This document shows positions 25,738-39,963 of a stretch of DNA of 64,000 nucleotides, piece by piece; position 1 is the stretch's first letter; every line of letters starts with the position of its first letter. The translations under genes and the position numbers were made by a program. Source of the stretch: Octopus vulgaris (Eukaryota). The stretch spans positions 123,132,001 to 123,196,000 of the forward strand of contig OX597814.1 in assembly GCA_951406725.2 (NCBI GenBank). The letters are read 5' to 3'. The notes below the pieces were generated by a model that made no database searches, was not told the DNA's origin, and saw nothing but the letters and a program-made list of their open reading frames with translations.

Positions 25738-25947
25738 ATACATGCATACATACATGCATACATACATGCATACATACATACATACATACATACATACATA
25801 CATACATACATAAATACGTACACGCACACACAGAGACACACACACACACACATACATACATACATACATACATACATACATACATACATACATACATACA
25901 TACATACAATTTAATATATATCTATTCTAAAACACTGAAACCTGGAT

Positions 25948-25991
<44 letters not shown>

Positions 25992-25993
25992 TA

Positions 25994-26051
<58 letters not shown>

Positions 26052-26985
26052 CTTTCATTTATAGAAACGGTTTATCAGGATTGGCTTCCTTTCCAGGGAA
26101 GCTTCAAGGCAATTAGCTCCATACATTGAATCTACCATCAGCACGATCACCACTATTGTTACTACTACTTCTGCCACCTCTACTACCTCTACCACAACTT
26201 ACTCCACTGGTAGTTGTTGACGTTGTTGTTGTTTAGTCCCAGTTCAACGTCGAATAAACAGATATTTAATCAAAGGCATTCCCACCTCTCGTCTTTTTTG
26301 CAAATCTAGGAATGTATTACTCTGCATGACATCCCAGTTTTTAATAATGTAGAATATGATCTGAGAACGGTATGACTGTTAGTTCTAAAAGGTTATGCAT
26401 ATGTTCTTTGATTGTGGTGTTGATGGTGTTGTTGTTATCGTCTAACCTCGTTTCAGCCCAGATCCAACTGGGCTGTTGATGTGACTACATTTCGCACAAA
26501 TCAGTAAATGAACCCAATAATATTTAATTATCTCCCTTTGATGAGACGATCTTCATAAGTTTTAATTTAGTTTCAACATCAATGCTTCTACATAGCATTT
26601 CCTTAGGCTACTAACAAAGTAGTCTAATTCTAAATCAACAGCTTCACATTAGAAAATATCGTAAACTTGAGATTAATAGTAGCTTAACTTAGCGTAGCCA
26701 TTTAAACTCAAACACAAGTAAAACTTAGTATAACTACTTTAAACTTACATATAACTAAAACTCTGTGCATAGTAATTTTAAAATAATATTCTAGTTACCT
26801 TTATTTAAAACTGTCCGCCAGTATCTCTCCTCTAATCTTCATTTAATCTCAAACGTTCTATTTATAAAGTTTCAGTCAAAATTTCAAATCTTGGTGTTCA
26901 TGTTTAAATCTGTTATGGCCTTCCAACTGTTAAAACATTTATTAACTTATGCATATTACACCTTTGATTTTCCCATACATATATT

Positions 26986-27727
26986 TTTTATCTTTTACTT
27001 GCTTCAGTCATTAAACTGCAGCCATGCTGAGGCACCATACTGAAGAATTTTTAGTTGAATGAATCGGCTCTAGAACTGTTTTTTTTTTTATGCATGTTAC
27101 TTGTTCTATCGGTTTCTTTTGCCGAACCGCTACTTTAGAGAGGCGTATGCATACCAGCCCCTTTTGTTAAGCAATAATGGGGACAGACACAGGCAGAAAG
27201 ACACATTCATACACACAAATACATACATACATACACACGTAGTAAAGGCGCATGGCTCAGTGGTTAGAACGTCGAGCTTACGATTGTGAGGTTGTGAGTT
27301 CGAATCCCGGACCGGGCTGCGTGTTGTATTCTTGAGCAAGACACTTTATTTCACGTTGCTCCAGTTCACTCAGCTATAGAAATGAATTACGGCCTCAAAG
27401 GTGCCAAGCTGTATCGGCCCTTGCCTTTCCCTTGGATAACACTGGTGGCATGGAGAGGGGAGGCCGGTATGCATGGACGACTGCTGGTCTTCCATAAACA
27501 ACCTTGCCCAGACTTGTGCATGGGAGGGTAACTTTCTACGTGCTATCCCATGGTCAGTCATGACCGAAAGGGGTCTCAACATACACACGATAGACTTCTT
27601 TCAGTTTCTGTCTACCAAAACCACTGATAGGGCTTTGGTCAGCTCGAGGCCATAGTAGAAGACACTTATCCAAGGTGCTATGCAGTGAGACTGAACCTGG
27701 AACCATGTGGTTGGGAAGCAACCCACT
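26986..27727 (-). mobile_element. Family A SINE interrupted by a family B SINE
   Basis: 3' half at 26986-27239 and 5' half at 27579-27727, in reverse complement. Confidence 0.8.
27240..27578 (+). mobile_element. Family B SINE nested in the family A microsatellite
   Basis: GGCGCATGGCTCAGTGGTTAG...GTTCGAATCCC head; 11-bp TSD ACATACACACG at 27229-27239 and 27579-27589. Confidence 0.88.
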
Positions 27728-28901
27728 CTGATTCCTTATTTCGTATTACTTCCTGTTCACCCCATAAATATTCCGTGTCTACAGATTAATTAAATAACAG
27801 TAGATCCCTTTATTTTCTAATAAATGTTTTCACCAATCTTCCACCTCTGGAATCTGATGATTATTACCAATGATATTCATTTCATCTTGTAAAGCACTTA
27901 TAAGTATTTATATCTTTTTATCTTTTACTCGTTTAAGCCAGAGGTCCTGACCATGTTGAGGAACCGCCATTAAATGTCCTAATCTTAATATTCTGCGGAA
28001 TTTGAAGAGCAAACCATTGGCAAAACTCTGAAGTGGCAGCCATAAATCTTTAAGTCGTTGATATATTCCATAATATAAATTGGACATGGGCGATCGTTGT
28101 ATTCTTTCTTGTTTTGAGGTTCACAGCCAAATGGCTGGGTGGATTCACGTGAAAAATGGCACACATGTGGAGACGGGTGCATAGATTGGAATACGGTTTG
28201 TATTTTTTTCCTAGTCCCCATAGTTACCGAGAAAATCGATTAAAACCTTTTCTAATGGAATTCCCTTGTTTGTTCCGCCATTAAAACAACCAGTTGCTCA
28301 CACAGCCGGCATATACCATTTCGCTAGCAACAAGGGGAGTACAGGATAACAGTCAGCCAAAACTTCTTTTACTTCTTTGTGGGGTTAATAATCTTAATCT
28401 TTCTCACCCTCTTTCTCTCTCACATATACACACGCAAGCAAGCACGCACGCACGCACGCGCGCGCGCGTCTATTTCATATACTTTCAATTTCTGCTCTCT
28501 ACAAATAAAATATTTACGGATACAACTACTTACAAAAATAGAGATTAATGTATAATTTCTTTCTATGTCCATAATTAAATCAATGTTTTAATGATTAGAC
28601 AGAGGTCCAATAGAATAACTCTCAGAAATTTTCATTCATCTGGGGGCTCCAATCGAAACAGGGGACCCGAAATGATACGGTTGAGAAACGCTGTTATAGA
28701 TAATGCCTAACCGAAAACGATCACAGTCACATCATCCAAACAGACCGGGTGAAACCGGGCTTAGCTGCTAATAATATATACTTCACTAAATATCTTGCAA
28801 TGCGTCCTCTATTCAGTTAATATTCTAAATAAATAAATAAATAAATAAATACATACATACATACATACATACATACATACATACATACATACATACATAC
28901 A

Positions 28902-28933
<32 letters not shown>

Positions 28934-29503
28934 ACAGCACTTTAATGAATATAATATTTAAATACATAAATTGTACTTAAGAACCTAGTAATAAAAATAC
29001 ATATACACATACATGCATACACATATGCATGTGTGCGTGTGTGTGTGTGTGTGTGTTTGTATGCACGTGTGTTTGTATGCATATGTGCACGTTGGTGTCA
29101 TTGTATACTGCTGCAACTTGTCGCCATAATCAGTGAACTATCCAAGAATTCTCATCTTGATATTTGCCAAATGTAAAAAAAAGAAATATCATCCAGATAT
29201 CCATCTCCACCACCCCCATCACAGAGAACAGAAATCTTGATTTAGATTCATGCTGTTACTGTTGTTACAGTCTTTTTTCGTAGATGTTGTAATGGTGGTG
29301 GTGGTGGTGGTGGTGGTGTTGGTGGCGGCGGCGGTGGTCTTGGATTGTGTCTTCGATGTTTAGTTGTCGACCAGCTTTTAGAATTCTCATTTTACTTTCA
29401 GCTTTTTTTCAAAAGATTAAAACAAAACAACGATACACGCTTGGAGCAAAGAGATTGAACATACGTGGGAACACAATCGGTGTGTGACACCAACACGCAC
29501 ATG

Positions 29504-29539
<36 letters not shown>

Positions 29540-29619
29540 TACATATATAAACATGTATATACGTAATTCAATATAAACATCTAGAAAAAAGTACACGAAT
29601 AGAAATACAAATGTAAAAT

Positions 29620-29676
29620 AGATAGAAAGGTAGACAGACAGACAGACAGATAGACAGAGAGACAGATAGACTGATT

Positions 29677-29751
<75 letters not shown>

Positions 29752-29804
29752 GGATGGATGGATGGATGGATGGATGGATGGATGGATGGATGGATGGATG
29801 GATG

Positions 29805-29893
<89 letters not shown>

Positions 29894-29910
29894 GCAGACA
29901 GACAGACTGT

Positions 29911-29962
<52 letters not shown>
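29620..29962. repeat. (GATA)n/(GGAT)n/(GACA)n compound tetranucleotide repeat
   Basis: Visible directly. Confidence 0.95.
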
Positions 29963-29964
<2 letters not shown>

Positions 29965-30376
29965 TACGCGTGTGTATGCGTGTACATACACCTATTTCAC
30001 AAATTTACATCTATTAATGTACATGCATATAATTGTGTGTGTGTGTGTCTTTATACGTGTGTAGGTGTACATCGGGTGGTCAAGATAGTTAATTTCTCTC
30101 TTTCACAAAGTTATCTGTATAAAATGGATAAAGAAAAAATAGTAAATCTGATTCAACTGCATTATACGCCTAACTGGAGAGAATTAACAGATGCTGTTGC
30201 TAAGAATTCAGCACAAATAAAACCAGACACCTAACCGTCAACCTTCGTTGATACAATAGTGTTAACAATACGCCAACATGTACATGAATTGTTTGTTACT
30301 GTTGTCTTTTCACTCTGATTTTTCCTTCATTGCTAATCTTTTATACAATATTCTCTTGCCAAACTAACCGCTCTTT

Positions 30377-30467
<91 letters not shown>

Positions 30468-30608
30468 AGTTTAATGCCGAATCTTGTAACTTTTCATTTG
30501 TCTTGCTCGCTTACATTCTGGCGTTTACTGAAACTTTTTGAGAACTCCTTCCTCGTGGTAAGGTGTCTTTTTCTAGCATATTAGGAATTCACTTTGATGG
30601 TTATTCCT

Positions 30609-30662
<54 letters not shown>

Positions 30663-30806
30663 TATATATATATTATATATATATATATATGTATATATGT
30701 ACGTTTAAATATTTGTTGTGCAAGATTTTTTATGTGAAGTCGTGTGTTGAAACAGATATTGTTATATTTAGGAATGGTCATATTGCCAGTTTAGCCAATA
30801 TATATG

Positions 30807-31097
30807 GGGAGGCGCAATGGCCCAGTGGTTAAGGCAACGGACTCGCGGTCGTAGGATCGCGGTCTCGATTCCCAGACCTGGCGTTGTGTGTGTGTTTATT
30901 GAGCGAAAACACCTAAAAGCTCCACGAGGCTCCGTCAGGGGGTGGTGATCCCTGCTGTACTCTTTCACCACTCTTTCTCACACTCTTTCTTCTGTTGGCC
31001 TGCTCTCTTAGCCAGCGGGGTGGCGTCATTCGAAGGCTAAAACAATGCGAACGCATTCTGACCAGCGATGTGTAACTACATCTGATGGATGATCACA

Positions 31098-31100
<3 letters not shown>
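30807..31100 (+). mobile_element. tRNA-headed SINE (family D)
   Basis: Pol III A/B-box-like head GGAGGCGCAATGGCCCAGTGGTTAAGG...TCGATTCCC; body distinct from families A-C; TA flanks. Confidence 0.7.
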
Positions 31101-31135
<35 letters not shown>

Positions 31136-31470
31136 TGAAGTATATTTGCCACTTAAATGTGATAACCACTAAGGGTGGATGCTACCATAGCTTGTAGCCC
31201 CAGGAGGACACCTCCTCCAGCTGGCTATTGCTTGTTGATATGTGTGTGTGTGTGTCTGTGTGTGTGTATTTGTATGTATGTATATATGTATGTATGTTTA
31301 TATATGTATGCATGTATGTATGTCTTTATATATATATATAAAGACATACATGCATACATGCATACATATATAAACATACATACATGCATACATATATAAA
31401 CATATATACAAACATACATACATAAGTACATACATACATACAAATACACACACACAGACACACACACACA

Positions 31471-31544
<74 letters not shown>

Positions 31545-32325
31545 GCCACAGAATGTCCTAAAACTAAACACCAATATCCAAACGTTATGTAAGCTTAACA
31601 AGATTATTTATGAAGAAACACAACCAATATCACTGTAAGTAATCTCCACAAACCATGAACCCACAAACACTTTCCACTTTGCTAGAATGAAGGATAACTC
31701 AGAATAAAGAGACTAAGAAATAAAAAAAATAATCGTAAGCAAACATAACAAATATGTAAACCCATCATCAGCTGCCAAACAGATATCACTATGGTTTTGA
31801 CTCTTGAGTAAAACTATTCAATCCAGCGGTGTCAACAACGTTAACAGCATAAACGCTACCTGGGAAACAATAGTAATTAGCAGGAACCTAACATTAGTGT
31901 AGTATGTATATTATACCAACACCTGATTATTATTACAACGTAGACAATTAAATTATTATTATAAATAATACCAATGAACAAAGAACTTACTCGCGAAGAT
32001 TCTTGCCCGGGGCTAGACTCTTCAGGAGTGAAACACGAGACAAGACTCAGAGTAGCCGATCTATTTTACAAATAATAAACATATCTGTCCAGTCTTGCTC
32101 CACGTAATATGTTCTACGTCTGATAGTGTTTGCACTATGTAAAGTATATTCAAATATACTTTACCATTCTTATATTACAAAATTTCAAAATCACTGTCAA
32201 CGTTTAGCCCTTTCCTTGTATGAAATTAATAAATATTTATTCTATTAAAATGTGTTGAGTGATCCTTCAATTTAATCTTAAATCGCTTTTATATATAAAT
32301 TCACTTAAACACAAACACGCGCGCG

Positions 32326-32376
<51 letters not shown>

Positions 32377-32714
32377 ACATACATACATATATTATACATA
32401 TATACATTATATGTGAGTACCATGAAAGTATGTATATGTATGTATAAAAGTATGAATATTATATACACACACATATGTGTGTCTGTATGTATATATGTAC
32501 GTATGTGTGTATGCATGCAAATAAGTATATATTATATCATATATTATACTATGTATATTATGTATGTGTGTATGTATGTATGTATGTATGTATGTATATA
32601 TATATATGCATTCATGCAAACACGCATGCATGTATTATATATGTGTGTTTGTGTTGGTGTGTATGTGTGCGTTTGCATACATGCATATATACATACATAT
32701 ATTTATATTCACAC

Positions 32715-32749
<35 letters not shown>

Positions 32750-32774
32750 CCACTCTCTACGTTCTCTTTCACTT

Positions 32775-32822
<48 letters not shown>

Positions 32823-33445
32823 TCCCCCTCGCTCCCTCCCTCCTTTCCTTCATCATCTACCTACCGCTATTACGCGTCATCAATAATTCTCTATTCCCCG
32901 GGTTTCAATACACAATATCTCCCTCCCTTCCTCCCGCCTCCCATCAAACCCACACCGCACCGACAGAGAAAAACTAAGTCAACATCATCACTGACTGTCC
33001 AAGTCAACATTATTATGTGGCCTGTCCCTAATAGTCAGCGTACAGTTTAATACAGAATTATCAGGAAATTTGAAGTCATTTATCTACTGTAAACAGAGCT
33101 ATAAGCATACATCAGTGAATAAAACGGAGGAATGAACCAACTTAGAGTGTGTAGGCGATTAACAAAGACCTAAAGAGCTGCAACGAGGAAATAAGTGTGT
33201 TTATCGAACACATTGACGTAAAGATGGCGGCGTGACGTGACGGAATGTCATTTCAACAAGAGACGTTGGCCCGGGAAAGAAAAAGAATAAAAGAATAAAA
33301 GAATTAGAACATCAGAATAATAATGGTAAAAAGAGTGAGAAGAAATAATTGAATGTTGTGATGATTGAGTAGCATTAGAGACGTTTGACGGAAGAGGAAA
33401 ACATGTGTGTATTCACATGTATGTACGTGTGTGTGTGTGTATAGA

Positions 33446-33505
<60 letters not shown>

Positions 33506-33535
33506 CAACATACATACATTGAGATATAGATATAA

Positions 33536-33636
<101 letters not shown>

Positions 33637-33896
33637 TACGTACATTAATAATGATGCATATGTGTGTGTGCGTACTTATATATATATATAGATGTATATA
33701 CATACATTATATATATATGGAGAGAGCAGGGGGAGGGGAGTGTGTGTACGCGTGTATGTAAACGCATTTATATATATATATATGCGCTTACATATGTATG
33801 TATGCATGAATGTATGTATACCAAAATATTTTTATCTATTTATATAAATACATACATGTTTGTGTGTGTGTGTAGGTACAATATATATATACATAC

Positions 33897-33940
<44 letters not shown>

Positions 33941-34180
33941 TCATACATACACACATGCATATGTAAACGCATATATGTGTGTGTGCGCGCGCGTGTATAC
34001 ATGCATAGATATATATATAAATATATATGTATTCATATGTATACATGCATATCTGTATCCATCAAGAAAACAGCCTTAGCACTTGGTTGTTTTCTCCAAT
34101 TACAAGCCAACCTTCAGAGATTTATAAGCTGTAATTAACAGTCAATTCTACAACCCAGAGACCTAGCATCCATGTGGTCA

Positions 34181-34249
<69 letters not shown>

Positions 34250-34450
34250 TTCAAATTTACAGAAAACAAAAACGACGAAGACAGGTGAAGGGAACAACAA
34301 GCAAGTGTATTAATTTGATGCTCGGAAAGAATGGAGAGGTATTTGACGTTTCGAGCCGACGCTCTTCGATAAAAAGGCCTGGAGAGAGAACGAAAAAAAG
34401 AGGGAGAGAGAATGTGTAGGGATTAACGGTTCAATATGATGAACTGGCCA
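34250..34450 (-). mobile_element. Short pLTR-like repeat with HHR-like hairpin; homologous to 46030-46205
   Basis: Minus strand CTACACATTCT...GAAGAGCGTCGGCTCGAAACGTC...TAATACAC...CACCTGTC is collinear with 46030-46205 on plus. Confidence 0.6.
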
Positions 34451-34537
34451 GAAGAAAGATGTATGTGTGTGTGTGTTTGTGTGTGCGCGCGCACATGTAT
34501 GTATAGGGTAATTAAATTCTATCTAGATAGATATAAT

Positions 34538-35550
34538 AATAAAGGGTAAAATTAATTAATCAATTAATAATTAATAATTTTACCAAGTAGTTCGGTATGT
34601 TAAAAGACCCATTATCGGTAACCTTATACAAAAATTCTATAATTATAAGCATAATTATAATTAGGGTTCAGCAAAAATCGCTTCACCACATACCGAAATT
34701 TTAAAATAGCAGTTAAAATACTATTCCACTACCTTAAGATATCTCCCAGACAGTGATACTCGATTCTCTTTAACCCAGAAACGCGTATATAGTTAATCAA
34801 AGCCGGGTGGATTCGTTATTTTTGTCTCTTTACCTGCGTGAATCAAGAGTAAAACTGTCTGGGAGATACCTTATGGTAGTGGAATAGTATTTAACTGCTA
34901 TTTCTAAATTCCGGTATGTGGTGAAGCAATTTTTGCTGAACCCTAATTATAATTATGCTTATAATTATAGAATTTTTTTATATGGTTACCGATAATGGTT
35001 CTTTTAACATACCGAACTACTTGGTAAAATTATTAATTATTAATTGATTAATTAATTTTACCCTTTATTTTTATTGATAATATAATTCACTCACTGATAG
35101 TAAACTGCAGTTTCTGCGGAATTACTCGTGGCACACATGGGTGATTGAGGAAGAATGTGACATCTCATTCGTCTGTTTGAATTCGGAAGTACTGGTTTTT
35201 GGATATATGCTGTCCGATGGCGCTTAATCGGATACGTATATTATTTATCAGTGCTCTCAAATTTGAAATTGAAATACTATACTGAAGACGGGAGTAAGTG
35301 AGTAGAAATATGATTTTACATCTTTTTATATCTCTTTAACCCAGAAACGCGTATATAGTTAATCAAAGCTGGGTGGATTCATTATTTTTTTTTTCTCTTT
35401 GCCTGCGTGAATCGAGAATATTACTGTCTGGGAGATATCGTATGGTGGTGGAATAGTATTTAACTGCTATTTCTAAATTTCGGTATGTGGTGAAGCAATT
35501 TTTGCTGAACCCTAATTATAATTATGCCTATAATTATAGAATTTTTGTAT
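34538..35550 (+). mobile_element. Non-coding PLE-like or retrozyme-like repeat: 566-bp unit in partial tandem with an inverted 5' copy
   Basis: 34765-34982 recurs at 35331-35550 (period 566). 34538-34765 is the reverse complement of 34841-35069. Confidence 0.85.
35276..35359 (+). ncRNA. Type-I hammerhead ribozyme motif with canonical core
   Basis: ACTATA-CTGAAGA-c-GGG[long imperfect hairpin]CCC-a-GAAA-CGCG-TA-TATAGT: perfect 6-bp stem I; predicted cleavage after GUA at 35353. Confidence 0.8.
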
Positions 35551-35552
35551 CG

Positions 35553-35746
<194 letters not shown>

Positions 35747-36229
35747 ATTAGGTTATGAAACCCTAGGTATATACTATCCGAAATAGGGACAAGATATCCA
35801 TTGCTGGATTGTATTTGCTCGTAGATCTAGGCAGTCAAGGTTGACATGGACTAAACAAAAGCAATTGAAATAACAACGGCTAATTCTTCTTAATCCTTGT
35901 TTTTCTATTCTTCCGTGGCTTTTATTAAATCTTCTAGCAGACTGATGGACATAAATATTTTGGTGTAAGAACATGGATTCTTTTGACCAAATATCTTGTC
36001 TTGTTTATATCACATTGTCTACATTCTGTCTGTCAGTGATGGCTTTTCGATGGTTTAATGGGATTATCTAGTATTTACAGTCGTTGAAGAAATCCACAAA
36101 CACAGACACTGCTTCTAGGAATCCGTAAACCGACATCTTCTAAAACACTCCTTAAGCAAAATAAGATTCTTTGATAACTCATTAAATTTTAGACGAATTG
36201 CTAATTGTCGAGTGACGGTGGAGATTGTA

Positions 36230-37385
36230 GTATGTATGTGTACGTGAGTGTGAATGCTTGTATTCCTGTGTTTGTGTGTACGTTTATATGTCTGCGTTTG
36301 TGTGTGTATGAAAGAGACAGAGGGCATGTGTGTGTACACGTGTATGTGTGTGTATGAGAGATAGAGGAAGTGTGTGTGTGTGTGTGTGTGTACGTGTGTA
36401 TGTGTGTGAGAGAGAGAGAGAGGGAGTGTGTGTAGTGTATATGTGTGTGTAGTGTGTATGTGTGTGTAGTGTGTATGTGTGTGTAGTGTGTATATGTGTG
36501 TAGTGTGTATGTGGGTGTGAGAGAGAGAGAAGGAGTGTGTGTGTGTATGCCTGTGCGTGTATGTGTGTGCTTGCGTGTGGTTGTGTGTGTGCTTAAGAGT
36601 ATGTATGCGTGTGTAGGTGTATGTGTATGCGTTTATGTGCATGTGTGTATGTGTGTATGCATGTGCGTGTATGTGTGTGCTTGTGTGTGGTTGTATGTGT
36701 GTGCTTGTGTGTGGTTGTATGTGGTTGTAGGTGTATTTGTATGCGTGTATGTGTATGTCTGTGTATGCATGTGCGTGTGTTTGCTTGCGTGTGCATGTGT
36801 GTCCGTTTAAGAGTACGTATGCGTGTGTAGGTGTACGTGTATGCGTGTATGTGCATGTGTGTATGTGCGTGTGTATGCATGCGCATATATGTGTGTGCTT
36901 GTGTGTGGTTGTGTGTGCGCTTAAGAGTATGTATGCGTGTGTAGGTGTATGTGTATGCGTGTATGTGCATGTGTGTATGTGTGTGTATGCATGTGCGTGT
37001 ATGTGTGTTCTTGCGTGTGGTTGTGTGTGCGCTTAAGAGTATGTATGCGTGTGTAGGTACATGTGTATGCGTCTACGTGCATGTGTGTATGTGTGTGTGT
37101 ATATGTGTACTTGCGTGTGGTTGTGTGTGCGCTTAGGAGTATGTATACGTATGAAGGTATATGTGTATGTGCATGCGTGTATGTGTGCCTATCAATCTAT
37201 CTGTTTGTGTGTACGTGTGGGAGGTGTCTGCGCACGCGTGTTTATATATCGGTCTGTGTGTATGTGTGTGTGTGCGTCTATCGGTCTGCGTGCACATGTG
37301 CGCGTGCATGTGTGTATATATCAGTCGGCTTGTCTGTAAATATGTGCATCTTTGTGTCTACGGGCACGTCTGTGTATTTCTATGT

Positions 37386-37466
<81 letters not shown>

Positions 37467-37470
37467 GTGC
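36230..37470. repeat. TG-rich degenerate repeat with about 100-110 bp higher-order unit
   Basis: TTAAGAGTA / GCTTAGGAGTA marker recurs near 36591, 36807, 36919, 37031 and 37131. Confidence 0.85.
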
Positions 37471-37927
37471 TATAAATTTCCTCCAGAAAAAGACGTGATT
37501 TTATTATCGAGTTTCTTGAAATAACAAATAAGACATGACGTGTTTGTGGTGACAAGAAAAATTAAGTTTTCAGTTTTCGTAATTATTGTCGTTGTTATTA
37601 TTATTATTGTTGTAATTATTGTTGTGTCTGTTGTCTGCCATTATCACGTTGTGTTCTTAGAAGCTACAAAAAGAAAAACAAAACAAGAAGCAATAAAAAA
37701 AAACATGGCTTCATTTTGTTGTTTTTCCGTCTGACGGCTAAATTATCTGCCCATCGACGTCTTAGGCTTTTCTAGGCTAGGGTATAACTACGTGAGATTA
37801 ATATAGATAATGTCTGTCAATATGGTAAGACCTCTTATCAAAAAAAAACATAGAGAACTGCTTCAGATAGGTTTAGCTGTTTCGTTGCAGCTAAAGCGAC
37901 CACGTCTATATTTTACACTGTCTATAC

Positions 37928-38765
37928 AAATGGTGCTCAACTGAAGTCCATATGAGCCCTGGAGGGCCATATAAGATTTCGGGGGCCCAAGCAAACAAAA
38001 TAGTAAATTGGGGACACACAGCTGTATTTTAAGGGTCCATGAAAAAAAATTTGCTTCAAATGTATTTATTGTATACTGGATGGCAAGGTTTACGATATCG
38101 GGAGAATATCGCCTTCTTCCATTATCTCTTTTTGTTCTTCGTGTAGTTCAGGCTCCGGCAGGCGAAGAGAGATGACTTCAAGTACAAATGCAATTTACAA
38201 CTGGTTTATTTACGAGTTTCAGAGGATAGGTGAAGTATGCTGCTCTCAGCAACCATCTTTAGCTTTGTGCGTTACGTAGTAGCTCCGTTAGTGCGGGCAC
38301 ATTGCCTCTGGAGGTACAACATACAGACAGGCCCAGCCAATGGAGTGCGCTCAGCAAGCGCTGCTGCTGAGAGGCGGAAAGAAGAGGCGACAAAAGAGGA
38401 AGAATCTCAATCTGTTTTGCCCTTATATACAGTTTGCCATTGTGAGCCTCGTTGTGATCTCGCACATGGCAAATGGATGCAGGTGAGGTCTCGCCCAGTC
38501 TCGGAGATGGCAATGGCTGCCGCGAGATCTCATCCAATATGGCGCTGACTGCTTGTGCCGCTACAATTGCAAGAAACAGTTTTTTTTTTTTTCTTTAATG
38601 TTTTACATTGTTCAACCTACACAAGTTAATGTGCGAAAAACAAAATAGGAATTTTAAAAGAAGTACCTATAACTAGTTTTTAAGCATCGAATGGTTCTGG
38701 GGCTTTTCCAGAGCAAAACGGTAATCAAAGGGGTTCATAGGTAAAACAACGTTTGAGAACTGCTA
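37928..38765. mobile_element. hAT (Charlie-like) MITE, copy 1, carrying an LTR-like insertion
   Basis: Decayed TIRs (ATGGTGCTCAAC / GTTTGAGAAC), flanks GTCTATAC / ATCTATAA. Body is the reverse complement of 53072-53918. Confidence 0.7.
38072..38565 (-). mobile_element. Solo LTR (probably Gypsy)
   Basis: Minus strand starts TGTAGCG; TATATAA at 38423-38429; AATAAA at 38205-38210. ATTG duplicated at 38068-38071 and 38566-38569. GC-rich relative to the host. Confidence 0.6.
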
Positions 38766-39076
38766 ATCTATAAAGCTTGGCATACCAATACATATACCCA
38801 GGTGATTCCTGTTATTTCTTACATAACTAAATAACCACATAGAAGATGGATACGTACGAGTTTGTTTAAAAGGGAGAGATTAAGACTGCGATAAAATAAA
38901 GAAAGAAATACAAAGGATCGTGGGTAAGGCCAGAACAATGCGAAGTAAAAGAGTAAAATGAGTAATCTGGGAAAGAAATGAGCAAGAAAGTAATATTTAC
39001 TGTGCGAATGGATATTATCAGATGAATAAAAAAAAATACAATGGAAAATTAGACGAAAAATCAGAAAAATTGCACA

Positions 39077-39590
39077 GGAGTGGCTATGTGGTAAGTATTT
39101 TGCTTACCAACCACATGGTTCCGGGTTCAGTTCCACTGTGTGGCACCTTGGGCAAGTGTCTACTACTATAGCCTGGGGCCGACCAAAGCCTTGTGAGTGG
39201 ATTGGTAGATGGAAACTGAAAGAAGCCCGTCGTATATATGTGTGTGTGTGAGAGAGAGAGAGTGTGTGTGTGTGAGATAGAGAGAGAGAGTGTGTGTGAG
39301 AGAGAGAGAGAGAGAGTGTGTGTGTGTGTGTGTATGTATGTGTGTGTGTATGTATGCGTGTGTATATGTTTCTGTGTCTGTGTTTGTCCCCCCAGCATCG
39401 CTTGACAACCGATTCTGGTGTGTTTGCATCCCCGTAACCTAGCGGTTCGGCAAAAGACACCGATAGAATAAGTACTAGGCTTACAAAAAATAAGTCATGG
39501 GGTCGATTTGCTCGACTAAAAGCGGTGCTCCAGCATGGCCGCAGTCAAATGACTGAAACAAGTAAAAGTGTAAAAGAGTAAAAGAGTAAA
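39077..39590 (+). mobile_element. Family A SINE, full length
   Basis: GGAGTGGCTATGTGGTAAG head, CACCTTGGGCAAGTG, internal (TG)/(AG) tract, (GTAAAAGA)n tail. Confidence 0.9.
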
Positions 39591-39609
39591 TGAACGACGG
39601 TAGTCAATC

Positions 39610-39646
39610 GGTGGAGACACAGACACACACAAACACAAACACAAAC

Positions 39647-39689
<43 letters not shown>

Positions 39690-39705
39690 TACACAAACAC
39701 GCATG

Positions 39706-39769
<64 letters not shown>

Positions 39770-39915
39770 ATGTATACGACGAGCTTCCTCACAGTTTCCA
39801 TCACGCACAGGGCATTGATCGGCTCGGTACTATAGTAGAAGACACTTGCCCAAAGTGCTGCGCAGTAGGCTTCAACTCTAAACCACATGGTAGCAATCTC
39901 AACCACGCAGCCGTG
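39610..39915 (-). mobile_element. Family A SINE, 5' part (decayed)
   Basis: GTAGAAGACACTTGCCCAA...AACCACATGG...ACCACGCAGCC is the reverse complement of the head. Confidence 0.7.
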
Positions 39916-39963
39916 GACTAATCTATATTATACAATATTGCACCTCTAAGTAAGTTTATAAAG

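Noticed and set aside
27246-27315. tRNA gene (also heads at 257, 24074 and 30807)
   Set aside because: A/B boxes are present but there is no closed acceptor stem, and each continues into a SINE body.
35770-36060. Possible LINE zinc-knuckle remnant (CRQC on the minus strand)
   Set aside because: Too degraded to support an assignment.
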